DNA from: Paraspadella gotoi | Taxonomy: Eukaryota; Animalia; Chaetognatha | DNA length: 64,000 nt | Reading direction: 5' to 3' | Assembly (NCBI GenBank): GCA_051294375.1 | Contig: CM119267.1 | Span: forward strand, 7,792,683 to 7,856,682 | Translations under genes and position numbers: made by a program | In this document: positions 25,262 to 39,300 of the stretch, piece by piece | How positions within the stretch are numbered: position 1 is the first letter of the stretch | How the letters are laid out: every line of letters starts with the position of its first letter | Notes under the pieces: generated by a model | What the model saw: only the letters and a program-made list of their open reading frames with translations | The model's database searches: none | What the model was told of the DNA's origin: nothing

Positions 25262-28200
25262 TCAGTCGGTATCCATGGAATTCTCCTCGGCTCCGGGAGG
25301 AACCACCGCTCCGCTCTTGGTCCTCAGGGGAATAGAGTTAAAGGCGGCGTCAATGGCCTCGGGTTCCTGAACCCGATTTAAAGGTATGTCACCACCTTCA
25401 GGAGTGATAAAAGGCGTGGGGGCGCCCTCGGTTGGCGTAATAGGGCTGTGATCGCCGCGAGGGGGTAGGAAGACACCCTGCGAAGTTGCAGTAGGCTCCG
25501 TGGCGGTGGCAACGCGTAACGCGTCGTGGAGTTCCCCCGCCCCAGAAGGTGAGGACACGGAGACGGATCCGGCATGACTCGAATGAGGAGGAGGCGGGGG
25601 CGTGGTCGACGCTGAGGACACCGCCAGCGGCAGAACCCTTGGAGGACCGAACGGAGACCGCTGCGCTAAAAGGGCGGCGACGGCGGCGGCTCGTCGATCA
25701 TCGAGTCCGTCAACGTCGGCGTTAACGCCCGACATAACCTCCGAAGGCGTGACTTCGGCGGGAACGGACTCGGTCGTTACGTTAGCGGTAAAAGTAGGCG
25801 GCGGGGAGCTGGGAGCGTCAGCAGAATCGTGGAGGTTCGAGTGGTGATGGGATAACGGGTGGACGGGAGACGACGCGTGATGATGTGGATGCTGTTGAGA
25901 AAGATGAAGAGGGCCTCCGTCTTCCCCACCGTCGCCCGACTGAACCTCGGGCGAGGCGTTAGCGAGAGAAGAGGGAGGCGGCGCGGAATTCGGATTGATG
26001 CTGGAAGAAGACAGGGGCGAGTTGGCGCCCCCCGTTCGTTGCCCGTCAGGATCCGGAGTTGATTGGTGGTGCACAGTGGAACCAGAGAGGGAGTCGTGGG
26101 CGTTAAAAGAAGGAAAGGTGGTCATGAGCTGATGAACGCCTCCTCCAGCCCCCATGTTCAGTTGATCACCGTCCTGAATAAAAAAAAAAATAATCAGTGG
26201 CTACTTTGAAAACTCAGCTCGTGCGTTTTAGCTTTTTTAAAATAGAAAATTTAATCTATTATTAATTTCCTATGGTAAAACAAGTAAACTTGCAATTTTA
26301 AATGTATTCAAATTCTAGATCATTAAAATTTTCAAAAATGCTTAAACTTTTAGTCGCCTTCACCCCTTCCCTCCCACGGCAATCCATATTTTCCCTAACC
26401 CGTAAGTTATGTCCACCGTTGGCGTCGATCTCGATCTCTTGGCCAATAATGACTTCCTGCGCCGTCGGAGGAATTTCAATGTCGGACTCAATATGCAAGT
26501 CGTTGCCAGGAGCAGCCGTGTCGTTTAACCGCATCTCGGGCGGAAGGTGATTGTATATCGTCATATGTTTCATCAGAAACAAGTCTCCATTGAACTTTTT
26601 GTGGCAAACTGAAAGAAGTCAAAATATTTGCAAAAATAAAGTTTTATCGTAGTAAATATAATTATAATTATAAAAGACATACTGATTGCCGAATTACCTG
26701 GACAAGAGTAAATGGAATGGGTTCTCGTATGATGTGTTAAGGTGCATCGTTGTTTAAACTCCTTGCCACAGATGCTGCATTTAAAACCTCTTTTTCCGGA
26801 ATGAAGGCGGGCGTGTTCGACAAGGTGATGCTTTCTCTTGAAGGAATTCGTGCATAGCTAAAAATTATTAAGATAAAAATGGATTAATAAAAAGGTTGAA
26901 AGACTTAACGTTAAAATAAAAATCTTAAAAATATAGTGATCTCGCCAGACGTGAATATCAAAGAAAATTAATATAAAAATCTGAAAAAAAAAACAAACCG
27001 AATGATTGATGCGATAATGAATTATTGATGTAATAGTAATTTATTGATTGATGTAACAGTAATTGATTGATTGATTGGCGTAATAATAATTGATTGATTT
27101 AATAGTAATTGATTATTGATGCGACGATAACAAAATATTTATACGATGATAACCAAAGGATCGATACGATGATAATAACCACATGATTGATGCGATGATA
27201 ATCATTTATTAACGCGATGAATCATTCATTATAAATAAAACAAACAAATGCGTGTATGAGTGAGAGAAAGAGAGAAAAAAAAGAGAGAAAGAAAAAGAGA
27301 GAGAGAGAAGCTGGACAGCCGCTGGATAGCCGCTGCAGAGCTTAACTCATTTTTAGATGAATCAGAAAAAACAGCGACGGAAAAAAAGAGAGAAAGAGCA
27401 AAATATATTTAAAAGAGAGAGAGCTGGACAGCTGAACTCGTTTATATATATATATTTAAAAATTGTTTTGTAAATAAAACAAACAAATGAGTGGAGGAAT
27501 ATGAAACATTTAAATCTAAAAGTTCTTGCTGATTAAGAGCTATATCTAAATTTTTAAAGATGGTCAAAAGGAGCAGAAACGAATTAACATCTCGCTCAAG
27601 TTGGGCCCGTTTGGCAAAATAAAAATTCGAAAACCCCCCCCTAAAAAAAACCGAATGTTTGATGTGATAATGAATAATTAATGTGATAGTAATTTATTAT
27701 TGATGCAATATTAATAAATTATTAATGCGATGATAACGAATTATAAATAATATAACCAATTAATAATGCAATGATAACAAATTACCGATGCGATAACAAA
27801 TTATTGATGCGATAACCAAATATTGATGCGATGACAACCAATTATTGATACAATGACAACTAATTATTGATACGATGACAACCAATTATTGATACGATGA
27901 TAATTATTGATACAATTACAACCAATTATTGATGGATGACAACTAATTATTGATGCGATGACAACCAATTATTGGTGCAATGAAAACCAATTATTAGTGC
28001 GATGACAACCTATTATTGATGCGATGACAACCAATTATTGATGCAATGACAACCAATTATTAATGGTTAAACGTTTAAAAAATGTAATGAATCAATCAAT
28101 CGAAATGAAATGAATTGAATGAAATCATTTGAGTGAATGAAATTAATTGAATGAATGAATTTAATTTAATTTAATAAAATAAATGAAAGAATTGAGATAT

Positions 28201-31200
28201 ATAAATTGCATTGAATAAATAAATTTAAAAGTAAGAACTGAATTAATTAAATTGAACGAATTAAATTAATTTAATTTAATTAAAGAAATTGAATAATTGA
28301 AGGAGAGATGGAAAGATAAAAAATGAAAGAAAATGAGAGAAAGGAAAAAACAAAATAAAAATCGGTTTTGCAATGGTAAAATGATAACATGCGCGACTGC
28401 CATGATTAACGTCACAAGTTCGATCCTGATAACTTTTTTAAAAATAAAATCAGAGAGAATGAGTAAGAGAGAAGTCCAGCCGCTGCGGAGCTGAACTCGT
28501 TTTTAAACGAATCAGAAGAGGCAGCGACAGAGAAAAAGAGAGATAGTTAAAACATAATTTATAATAGTTTTTATATTAAAATCGATATAATTGTTTTGTA
28601 AATAAAAAAACCAATCCGAATATCGATATGAAAAATTACAAATTAAGAGATCTTAATGATGAGAAACCAAATCTAAATTTTTAACTTCCTATGTCTATGA
28701 TAACATATTTTTACAATTCCCAATTGTAAAAAAGCATGACGACAACGACGGTCACAAAGAAGCAGGAGTAAATGATTATCACTCCCAAGAGGGGCCTAAG
28801 CCCGTCTGGCGAGATATAAATAAAAGTTATTTATTATTCGTCAGTTACCTTGCATTTGTAAGGACGATCATTTCCGTGAGAATCCCGATAATGTGCCTCG
28901 AAGTCGGCGGAACTCTTGAAGGTCATAGCGCATTCCTTGCATTCGAGGTCGTAAGGCATACCGCGGTAACTCGTTCCAGGATTGTAAACAGTCCCGGGTC
29001 CCATATCTAGCAAAGGTTGTATAAAAGTGAAATCGAGAGATAATTTGGAATGCCTACAAACCAATTACGGACCTTCCAACTCACTAGGGGCGGCAGTCGC
29101 GACAGTTGTCGCGGCGGCAGTTGCGGCGGCGGTGGCGGCGGCAGTGGCCGCAGCGACGGCATCCTCGTCTTCTACAGGGGGCGCTATATCATCGGCACCG
29201 GGCGCGGATTCTTCGGTGTGAAGTGCTGCACGGAAGGCCACCAGCTGCTGAGCCAACAACGCCTCTGAATTGATAGGAATAATTCCTAAATATAGTACGT
29301 ATAGTATAGCTAGAATATAGTAAAAATATTTTCAAAAATAAAAAAAAACCGAGTTGGATGCACGAAAAACCAAGAAAAGAATAAACTTATCTCAAAACCT
29401 GAGTGAGGCTATCTTTCTTTCACATGCAGTTTTGCCAGCAAAATAAAATTTATGTAAGTATTTTATTAATTTTATAGAAAAACAAGAGATGAAAAATATT
29501 TTTTAAGGATTTCAAGAATAAAAAAACTTGTTTAAAATGAAAACAGAATATAGTACTATATAGTGATACCTAAAAATACATGACTAAGAAATCCATTCAG
29601 CAAACTAGAAGAACCTGAAAAATTTTTATCCGGCTCAAACCCAATTTGTTTAAAACTCAATTTCAAAAAAAGCTTTTTACACCACATCCCAGCCAAGAAG
29701 TAGTATTTATTCGAAAAATGAATTAAGTGGGAAGTTGTGAAAGACCACTGAAAAACACAAATGACAACCTCTTGAAGACTGACTTCCGGAGCTCGCCGCT
29801 GCTGCCGCCATCAATCCCGGTGTCAGATGAGAGGCAGAAACTACAAGTTACATTTTATTTAAAAGAAACTATTCTTATGCGAAAAGTCTTTCTTTCATTA
29901 AGTACCCCAAAACATACCAGCGGCGTTTGCGGTTTGGCCTCCTCCGGCTACGGAATTTAGTGCCGCCGCTGCGGCCGCAGAAAAAATGTCCATTCCCGAT
30001 TGAGGAGGCAGCGAAAGATTTTGGGTGAAGTTGAAAAGACGACCCAAAGCACTCTTTCCCTCCGGAGTGTTAGCACCTCCGGCAGCCGCTAACTGAGCAG
30101 CCGCCAGATCCGCAATGTTTACTCCTAAGCGTCCAAAATATATCGAATTTAAGCTCGCATGAGATAATTTTCCTTTTAGAAACTCGCCGAAAAAGCTACC
30201 AACCTTCAAATTGGTTTCCGGGGGATAACGCAATTGGATCAAACTTGTCGTCTGGAGTTCGCCCCAATGAAAGATTACGACCCGCAATAATCTTTTCTTC
30301 AACCTGAACATAAGTAATTTTTTATTGCGCCGCGAGAACTGGAGCTTTCTAGGTGACGTCAGTCGGTCGGTCTCAAAGTTTTAAATATTCATTTAAAATC
30401 GGGTAATACTACATTTTAATTAATACTTGGTTAAAAGGTTATGTACCATAAGATGCTTAATATGCATAAGTTTCATACTTGTTCAGCCATAACTAACAAA
30501 ATGCAGAATAATTTACTTAATATATGAACATAGTTACGCGTTCATCTTGAAAAGCGTGTACGTAACAAAGCTAAAACGGCGCAACACATTTAAATTGGCG
30601 TTTCTTGTTAAATATGGTATAGGACTAATAGTCTAATAGTGACAAGAATGAATTCACTTAAAGCTTCGCACCTCCTTTAAGCTCTGCGCCAACTGATAAT
30701 CCTTCGCCAAAGAGCCTTTTTGTGGGGTATTCCCGGGCGCGAAGCCAGTCGCGTCTGATGCGCTGTGGATAACTGACGTCCGGATCGATTCGGTGCCACG
30801 GTCGGCTTCTGCTGAAGAGACCGACGTTGCAGTGGGCGTAGATGAAACATTGGGGTTTCCGGGACTGGAATAGTTAGGCGAAATGGGGGATCTGTGAAAG
30901 AACGTTAAAAAACATGAATCTGTGAAAACGCGAGATTAATCTAGGTATTATAAACCACACTGCTGATTTTCAAATGACGATAATTTTTATATTACTTATG
31001 ATTACCTTCTTTGCAACGATGTGGCACTGTTTCCCACGAACGTGGCCATCGAAGGCAAATTACCGCTCCGACCGGCGGCGTTCGAAGTCTGTTGCTGCTG
31101 CTGAATATGCTGAATCTGCTGCTGCTGCTGCAAAATAGCCATAGCGTGAGCGTCCGCCAAGCTACTGAGGGCCGCAGGATCAATGTTCACCAGAGCGGCC

Positions 31201-34184
31201 GCCGCGGCGGCCACATCGCCGCCCATGGCCGCCGCCGAGGCAGCACCTTGTGGAGACATCAACAGCTTTTCCAGGGTCCGCAGATTATGTTTCTGCGCAG
31301 CAACAGCTTCAGCAGCGGCTGAAGTTTCTGCCCCTAGACTCGAGTCATGATTCATCTCAGCCTCCGGGGAATGTAACATCTTTGGATTTATTCCTTGAGA
31401 GTTCCATTCGAAGAACTTGGGTTCGTTTGGACCGCCGGTCGGAGCGGCCCCTGCAGCAGCGTTGGAAGCCGCCGCCGCCGCCAACGCCAAAAGGCTTCCC
31501 TCGTCGGGGAATCCAGGGTTGGGCAGCGGGGAACGAGAACCCAACCCGACGGCATTGTTGACCCCGTGACCCGCAGGGTGCTGTCCAGCAGGTCCGAGTG
31601 CATGCCCGGCTGAAGAAAGAGCAGCGACGACGTCGTGGTCCTCGTCGAATGAGCCGCCTTTGCCGTGCCGAACGCCATCAACTTCGTCCGAGGGTCGAAT
31701 TCCCGCCGGAATCGGTTCCTTTTTTACGGGAGCGTCATCCATATAACCTTTGACGAAAGGAAAAAACGAGTTAAAATTACTGATAGGACTACCATTTGTA
31801 AATTGGTGCAGTAATACATATTATGCCACAACTCGTCCGAGAATCATGTATACAACAAAATAAGGGCATAATTTTATCTTTCGCCGACTGGGGTTACGGG
31901 GGGTTTAGTAACCCCGGTTAAAGGTGATGTTAGAATAAAAAAATTTATACATACTTCAAAAAAGCGGAAATCCCTGTCGGCGAAATTAAAATTTAACCAG
32001 TTTTTGAATTTAATAAAACCTAAAAACTTACCACAGATTTTCGGATTGCCTTTATGAAAGGCTGGAATGTGACGCGCCAAGTCGTGGATTCTTTCGAAGA
32101 CAAGTCCACAGATAGCGCAAGGAAAAGGGCCTGAAGAAAAGTGTATATATTATAAACTTATATAAGTCAGGGCAAGATAGCTTATTTATGAAATGAATAG
32201 ATAATTTTTATATTGGTTGTACCAATTTCATAAACTTACCAGTTTGTATTAGTAAGGCTGTCCATAAAAATTATAATTAAACCACAAATTTATCAGTAAT
32301 GATAAGAAAGATTGACTCTTCCAAGAGTACAGATACTACTACAAAAATTAGAAATTAATAAACTTTGAAATCAACCTCAAATTTATTACTTTTTATGCTC
32401 TGATTAAAATGTGTATTCCGGCTGAAAATAATCTCATAATGATATCATAGGCTTCAGTAATAAAAGAATAGAAATTACGAATTATCTACCTATTAAGTTA
32501 ATTAAGAATGTAGTCAAAAAAATAAAAAATAAAAAATAAAGTGTAGTCTCTAAAGTCAATACTCTATACCCTAATTTACATTATTAAGCCTTCTGATTTA
32601 TAAACAGCAGTACTATTTTTTATCTTACGGCCAGATGCAACGGCTTAAAAATGGTCGTCAGGTATATTTAAAAATATAACCTTCGTTTTTGTGGACTCGT
32701 GACAAGTGATGAGTGAAGCAAGACTTTTGTTTGAATTCACGGAAGCAGAGCGGACACTTAAATTCGCAGATGTTTGAATGGAGTCGCATGTGTTCTTTAT
32801 GATGGGCCTTCGTCTTGAATCCTCGCCCACAAATAATGCACTTGTGGGGTCGCTCCCCCTCCGCGGCAAGGCCCAACCCGGAAGGTCCGCCGCTGCGGTC
32901 CAGATCCATTGGATCCGGGAAGCCGTCGTCGTGGTCCAGGGGCAAAACTACCCCGGCTTCGCGACGATGATCGCCGACGCTGGAAGCCGAGGGAGAGAGA
33001 CCACCGGGCGTGATTTGCTGCTGTTGATGCATCCAATTAGCAAAGCCGGGGATGGAATGCAGCGCCGACGAAGCGGCGTTGGGGGGACCGAAAACGCTTC
33101 CTCCGAACGTAGACGACTGAACTGAAGCGGGGGTCCTCTGTAGCTGAGGTTGCAGCTGCTGCTGCTGCTGTTGCGAATCGCGAGCAGGTTCTCGTGACTC
33201 ACGTTTTAGCCGCAACGTTTCTTGCACTTCCCGGGACTCGATGGAGCCGGCCTCGCTCGGAGACTCTCTCGCCGGAATCTGGGCGCCCGAAGAAGGCGCC
33301 GGAGCCAGGGCCGCGGCCGCGGCGTCACTGGCGACTAGAAGGCGATTAGCAATGTCAAGGCGATGATGGCCGCCATCTTCGCCGACGAACTGAAGACCGG
33401 GTTCTTTCTTGATTTCACGATCGAGGCTTGAATTCACGCTTAAATTTTGCGGCTGCGTTTGCGGTTCACTATCGTATAACAAAGTCCGCTGACCCGAAGA
33501 TAATTTCTGCATCTGCTGCTGCTGCTGCAACATCTGATGTTTTCTCATAGCGGCATCCGCTTGGGCCTGTTGATGTTGCGCCGCGGCGATTCGGCGTGCC
33601 TGAGATTCCCGTTCTAAAGCAAGAAACGCCTCTCGTTCGCGTTGAAGGGTGCCCCTTTGCTCAGGGCTCAGCAGCGCCAACTGTTCCTGCAGCTTAAGGT
33701 GTTGCTCCTGGGCTTTGAGCTGATGGTCCTGATACTTAACCTCGTCCGTCGTCACCATGGGAACCGGCAACTGTAACGGGGGGGCCTCGCGATAGCTGAT
33801 CTCGGGGTCGCGCCCCACGTTCTCCCCTCCGGCGGCGATTTCCTCTAACAGATCGATGATGTCCAAACACTTGTTGACCCGCCGTCGGAAAATCCTGCCT
33901 TCGAAGGAGATCATGTCTCGCAACTCGATCTCCAACTGAAGTTCCATGGGAATGGCGAACTTGGGCTCGTCCACGACCGAGAGGTAGACGGCTTTGTCAC
34001 ACACTACGTTTTTTCGAGCGGATCCAACTTTGACGTGGGCAAAACATACTCCTTCCGAGACGCAAAGGTAGGTCCATCCTATCGGTAGGGAATGTAGGCA
34101 CTCGGCAACGATGGGTAAGTGATCTGAGATGGGCCATTCCATCGGGTCTATCTGACAAGCCACGTCCTTACAAATCGCACCCAT
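25262..34184 (-). CDS. Multi-C2H2 zinc-finger transcription factor (~7 fingers in separated clusters), ~11 exons
   Basis: Fingers: HKCIICGRGFKTKAHHKEHMRLH, FKCPLCFREFKQKSCFTHHLSRVH, FPCAICGLVFERIHDLARH, LECKECAMTFKSSADFEAHYRDSH, YKCKLCTNSFKRKHHLVEHARLH, FKCSICGKEFKQRCTLTHHTRTH, YSCPVCHKKFNGDLFLMKH. Q/A-rich linkers, likely ATG at 34184, stop at 25262. Confidence 0.85.
26939..28815. mobile_element. Composite TIR-bounded non-autonomous element carrying minisatellites
   Basis: Terminal inverted ATCTCGCCAGACG / CGTCTGGCGAGAT; internal duplicated block cagccgctgc.gagct.aactc...gaatcagaa (~27325, ~28480); a degenerate internal right end near 27605-27620. Confidence 0.6.
27770..28062. repeat. 22-bp minisatellite (attattgatgcgatgacaacca)n, roughly 13 copies
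   Basis: Direct periodicity read from the sequence; degenerate versions at 27000-27225 and 27655-27770. Confidence 0.85.
31878..31986. mobile_element. Short MITE of the CTTTCGCCGAC-TIR family
   Basis: Termini ctttcgccgac...gtcggcgaaa with a G/T-rich ggggttac/ggtttag interior; same family as 47005-47178. Confidence 0.6.
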
Positions 34185-34538
34185 CGCGGGAGAAGAGAAA
34201 GTGCGTCGGAGAGAGACCCTGATTTTCCCTGGACGGTAAACTGTCGACAGATATCCACAATTTTTTTTCTTAATCTTCTGCGATGTGACACCTACGTTAC
34301 ATTTTTTCGTCCTGTTGCGTTCGGAAGGTTGTTTTGCGCGAAGGCGCCGCCGCTGCTTATTAACATTTTCGCGATAATCGAGAAAAATTGGCAAAAATCA
34401 CGAAAAGGGGGAAGATATCAACAGTGGCCATTGTTGCTCCTTTCTGCCTGCAGAGGGACGCTGGGGGAATGTGGAGGCAAAAACAAAAGATGCGCACGCT
34501 TTTATGCCAAAGTTAGATTCTCGAAAAATTGACTTCTC

Positions 34539-35197
34539 ACTGAGAAGTTCTCATTCTCAAGACTGTAGTTACGATAGTAGATAAACTATTTTAAGATTAC
34601 CATACTTCACACTGCCTTGGCTAGAGATTAACATCCATATCAATTTGAATAAAATGTACATAGAAAAACGTCAACCGAACTTTTAATTAACTTGGTAGAT
34701 AATTTGACAATTACTAAATTTAAATCTAAAATGACTAAAACATGAATTTGAAACTAACTTAGACAAAGTATATCTGAAGATCAGCAACCATTTACTGGCT
34801 TTTTTCTTTTTTTACTTTTTAAAATTAATTTTTAATTTTTAAAATATGTGAAATTTTTTTTTTGCTTTCCATTTAACTTCCATTTTTGTAGTATACTACC
34901 ATGAAGGAAAAAAAATTTTTTTCGGTATTTTAATGTAAGAATCGAAAAATGAAATTTAGATACCAAAAAACTTTGGCCTCTTGTGATTCATATGAGCTGT
35001 GTCTCATTTATCTATGACAAAAAATACAGGAGTTCCATACAAAAGAAAATGCGTTGTCCAAAAAAATGTTTTTTTCTTTTTTATCTTTTTTATATATATA
35101 TCTTTTTTTTATTTATACTAATTTCCGGTTCTTTTTTATTATTTTTTGAGTTTAACCAATACTATTAAAAATCTCATGAGAATGAGAACTTCTCAGT
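34539..35197. mobile_element. Putative MITE just upstream of the zinc-finger gene
   Basis: Perfect 21-bp inverted repeat actgagaagttctcattctca (34539-34559) / tgagaatgagaacttctcagt (35177-35197) around an AT-rich interior; TSD not resolved. Confidence 0.55.
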
Positions 35198-36343
35198 CTC
35201 ATGGTTATTGCATCATCTTTATTAGGATAGATTTTATAAAATATTATTTTTAAATTGTAAAATATCAATAAAAGTTATAAGGCTCCAGGTAACCCTTTTG
35301 TAAGCAAGGTTATCATTTTTATTTACCTTTGGACGTATTATCAGAATCAAGTATCAAACAAGTTTAAAAAAAAAAAATTTTGTGAAGTGAAAGACAATAA
35401 ATTATTACATTATGCAGAAAAAACTCAAGCCTGTTTTACTTTATAAAGGACCATTTTTTACCCCAAATCTGATAAAAAATATCATGTCAGAGATATAATA
35501 TTAACAATAATGTGAGTAGTCCTCTTAATAAAAAAGGTGAAAACAGTTAAAGACAACCTCTTTTGGAAGTATTTGCATGCATTAAATAATTTTATGCTGC
35601 TAAAAAATAATCATTTTATTCAGTCCTAGGGAGGTCATATTACCTATGAAAACTTATTTATTAGTCAAAAAATATATTTGACAATAAAATTAACTGACTT
35701 TTCCAAACCGCGACAATTTTTTTTTCCATCATGGTAGTAACATCATTTAAATTTCGTTATAATTTATTTCATAAAAACAAACAGATGTTAAGCAAAGATA
35801 TATTTGAGCACCACTAAAATAAAATAAATTGTCAAATTAATAAAAAAAAACGCAACAAAAACAGAGCTTAAATTATTTTAACACCCCTACAAAAACTTAA
35901 GCATCACATGATACTAAGTTTAGAACTAAAGCATTAAAAAGTAATAAGGCATATAATTTTTAAGTGTTTAAAATAATTATTAAAGCGGTCTTGCAACTGC
36001 CAACTCTTCTCAGGGTCAATTTTCTTGATGGCACACTATGAACTTATGAAGCCGCGTTCCAGCAATTTAAATTAAGTACGGTTTAAATTTACATTTGTTG
36101 AAAAACATGATAATAAATTAGGACGTTTAATAAAAAATTTACGCCCACGAATGAATGAAGCAAGATTTTTTGCTTTTTATGATAAATATACTTGTAAAGT
36201 TAACAGAATTAATTGTAACTTCGTCATTTGCACGTGTAGAGTCTAATTTCATTGAGAAAATGTTTTTAAAATAGCAACACTATTGTAAATTTTAACTTTT
36301 TTATTCAGTTCACTTATAATGATAAAAAATAGCACGGAACTAA

Positions 36344-39300
36344 TTAGAGATAATAAACCCTTTTAAGCAACTTGTTAGGACTTGGTTCGTTTTCTTCGGT
36401 TTGGGAGATGGATTGGTAGGCTGTTTTGAGCTTTTCTTGTGAGGGGAAGCGTATTTTAGGTATTTTTTGATTTTTTAGCTCTTCTACCGAATAAGGCGGT
36501 ATAATCTTAGAACAAGCTCCGGCGTTTGAGTTAGTATCAATAAACAAGGGAGCTTCAGTTTTTCCAATGCTCAAGCTCGGTTGCAAACTTCTGGTTGACA
36601 GCAAATTTGTATTAATACTGTTTTTGGCTGAGCTTGATTCATTCTCCGCGTTTAGATGACCAAGGAAAACCTTTTGGGGAAAATGGTCAAACGGAGGATT
36701 AAAATTTAAAAGTCTGGATGGTGGCGAAGAACGCAAAACATCCTCCTCTACAATATCAAGTCGATCTGGTTCGATCCCGGCGATCATAAGCTTTGTTGGC
36801 AACACTCTCAGGATACGTGAAAACTTCGGTATGACCATACTACTTCACTGGGCTCGTTCAGCCCAATTATGTCAATGAGATAAAGACTATATAAAACACT
36901 ATTCCTAGCTGCCTGCTCAGTGGTCATCCGAGGGAGATGATGCACAATAACATCCATCCAGTAACCCCCTTTGATGATAAAGCATAACGGTGATAGTAGT
37001 ATAAACATACCAGTGGCAATACCCGCCGTTGCGATAGGATTTAAAAATAATAACGATAATAATCATTACCTGATCAGAACGAGGGGGTTCCGTTGCTCGA
37101 TTAAGTCGCCTCATTTCATTCTGTTCAAAATTTTCGGAAATTTCTTTAATATTTTAACGTATGATGACACTTTTTTGTGTCGATATTACAAGGGTATAAT
37201 TAAAATACTATACGTAAGTAAATGGACTAAATGATATTCGAAATTTATCAACATAATGAATCACAAATTGACGACATAATTAAAAAATGTACATAAAGCG
37301 TTTCCGTTGGCCAACCTGTGCGCGATGTAATTCCTTTTCCAGATCACTCATCGCCTTCGCTTTTCCGTCCAATTCGCAACGCATTGTCTTAAAACTTTGT
37401 TCCACCTTTTACAGAAAACAAAACATTTTTTTAATTTTAAGGATTAGATAAAATAAATTACATTATGTGTATGTAAAAGGAATACAAGTGGCAAGTGAAA
37501 TAATAAGATTATTAAGAATTAAGATGACACCAGCAGAATTATTAGAAAATATTAGAAAATGCTCTCCCCGTTTTTCTGACCGAGAATCGGTTCTGAACCA
37601 AATTCTATATGATTTTGCATACAGTATGGGACTATCGAGGCGATTTTCAATATTTTACCCCTGAGCTGAGATACAGGGCCCATGAGGGCCAAAAAATGAC
37701 AATTTTTTTCTTCAAAGATATTTTTTTTTGTGATAAATTGCATGTACTTTGTAGAAAAACAATTTTAAAATTAATTTTCATAAATTTAAATTGATTTTTC
37801 TTCCTTTAAAATTGTTTTTTGTCATAATAAATGCACTTTTCTGAAACAAGTAAAGGTTTCTGAAACTGATCAGGATAAAAAAATTAACAAAATTTAAAAA
37901 AAAGATTTTTCCATTTTTTGCCTGCCTGGGCTGACCCTTGATAGCCCCATATCTCAGGTTATAGGTCAAATTTCAAAAATCCCCTCAACCGTCCCATTTC
38001 TATTGCCCTAAAATTAATTCGTGCAAAATATCATCATAGTCGGCCGAGAGGTTTGATCGATACCGATTCTCGATTCGAAAAAATGGGAGAGAAATTTCTA
38101 CTTCTGTACTCATTTCATTTGTACTGATTTTCTTAAAACAAGTGGCCGTGATTAAATTACTGTTGATATTCGATTTAAAGATAAGGATTTTATTTTTAAA
38201 TAAAGAAATGAGAAACCCTTTTCGAACAATTAGGGGAAAAAGCGAAAAAAAAAATATATACGTATAAACTACATAGTTAACAAGTTCGGAATACGTAAGT
38301 ATAGGCTTCACACGACTCCTTCTAAAGGTGTCTTACTTTTCCCATGTCGTTCCTGAGGGCAACGACGATAGCTTCTAACGCAGATTTTTCTTTCTTGGCG
38401 ATCTTCAGTTCTTCCCCAAAGCGAAGAACCTCTTCTGAAAGGGCTTTCTTGGCGGAGGCAGCGTCAGCCAAAGCCGCTTCTCTTAAAGTCGTCATTGCGT
38501 GACCATGTTCTTTCCATTTTTTCAAGTCCAACTGTAATTCGCTGTAAAATAAAAATTTGAAATCGATTTTACTCTGCAATGAGGGACTTTTCCACCCAAT
38601 CTTCTAAAGGTAGTTTCTACACTCGGCTAAACTAAAGCTTTTATCTGTGGGCTGGAACCACTGATCAAACTTAACAAATACAATAACTTAACAAATAGTG
38701 AATTGAAATTTCTTTGACATTTTTATATAAAAAAATTGAGGTTTTGTGGAAAACATACCTGATTTGTTTTTGAGTCATGCGTTCCTTTTCGCTCATAAAT
38801 GAATTAAGTTTTAAAACAGAACTTTTTAACATTGCTCGCTCGTTCTCCAGTTCCTGTAGAAAGAAGCGATTTTCTTAAGAAATGATTAAAAAATGGATTA
38901 TACTAATATTATTATAACTTTAAAACGTTCTTATTTACCCATTTCTAGTTTCTTTTTTTTCTGTTATTCTTTTTTCGTCCTCATATGTTTTCAGTTAACG
39001 ACTAAAAGTAGTTTACAGCTACAGTTATTATGTAATAGGTCGCTAAAAACTAGTAACAAGAGCCGATCGCGAGACTCTTAAGGGGTCTGTGCGTTAGTAA
39101 GCGCGGCCTTCTAAAAGCCGTAGACGTAGGTGTAGTGAGGCGAATTCGAGTTTTCATCACATTTGTGTTTTTAATCAGTCATTTATCATATTGTGACTTA
39201 CCTTTTTTGCGGTCCGCAATGAAATTACTTCATTCCTTTCGATTTCCATGTCAGTTTTGATTTTTTTTAATGCAGCCGTCGCCGCTTTTTCCGCGCTTTG

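Noticed and set aside
27770-28062. CRISPR-like periodic array
   Set aside because: Head-to-tail tandem units with no unique spacers, in a eukaryotic intron with no cas genes.
38990-39162. Possible intronic C/D snoRNA (GTGATGA on the minus strand)
   Set aside because: No terminal stem or well-placed D box; the GC-rich hairpin looks more like a HINE-type repeat end.
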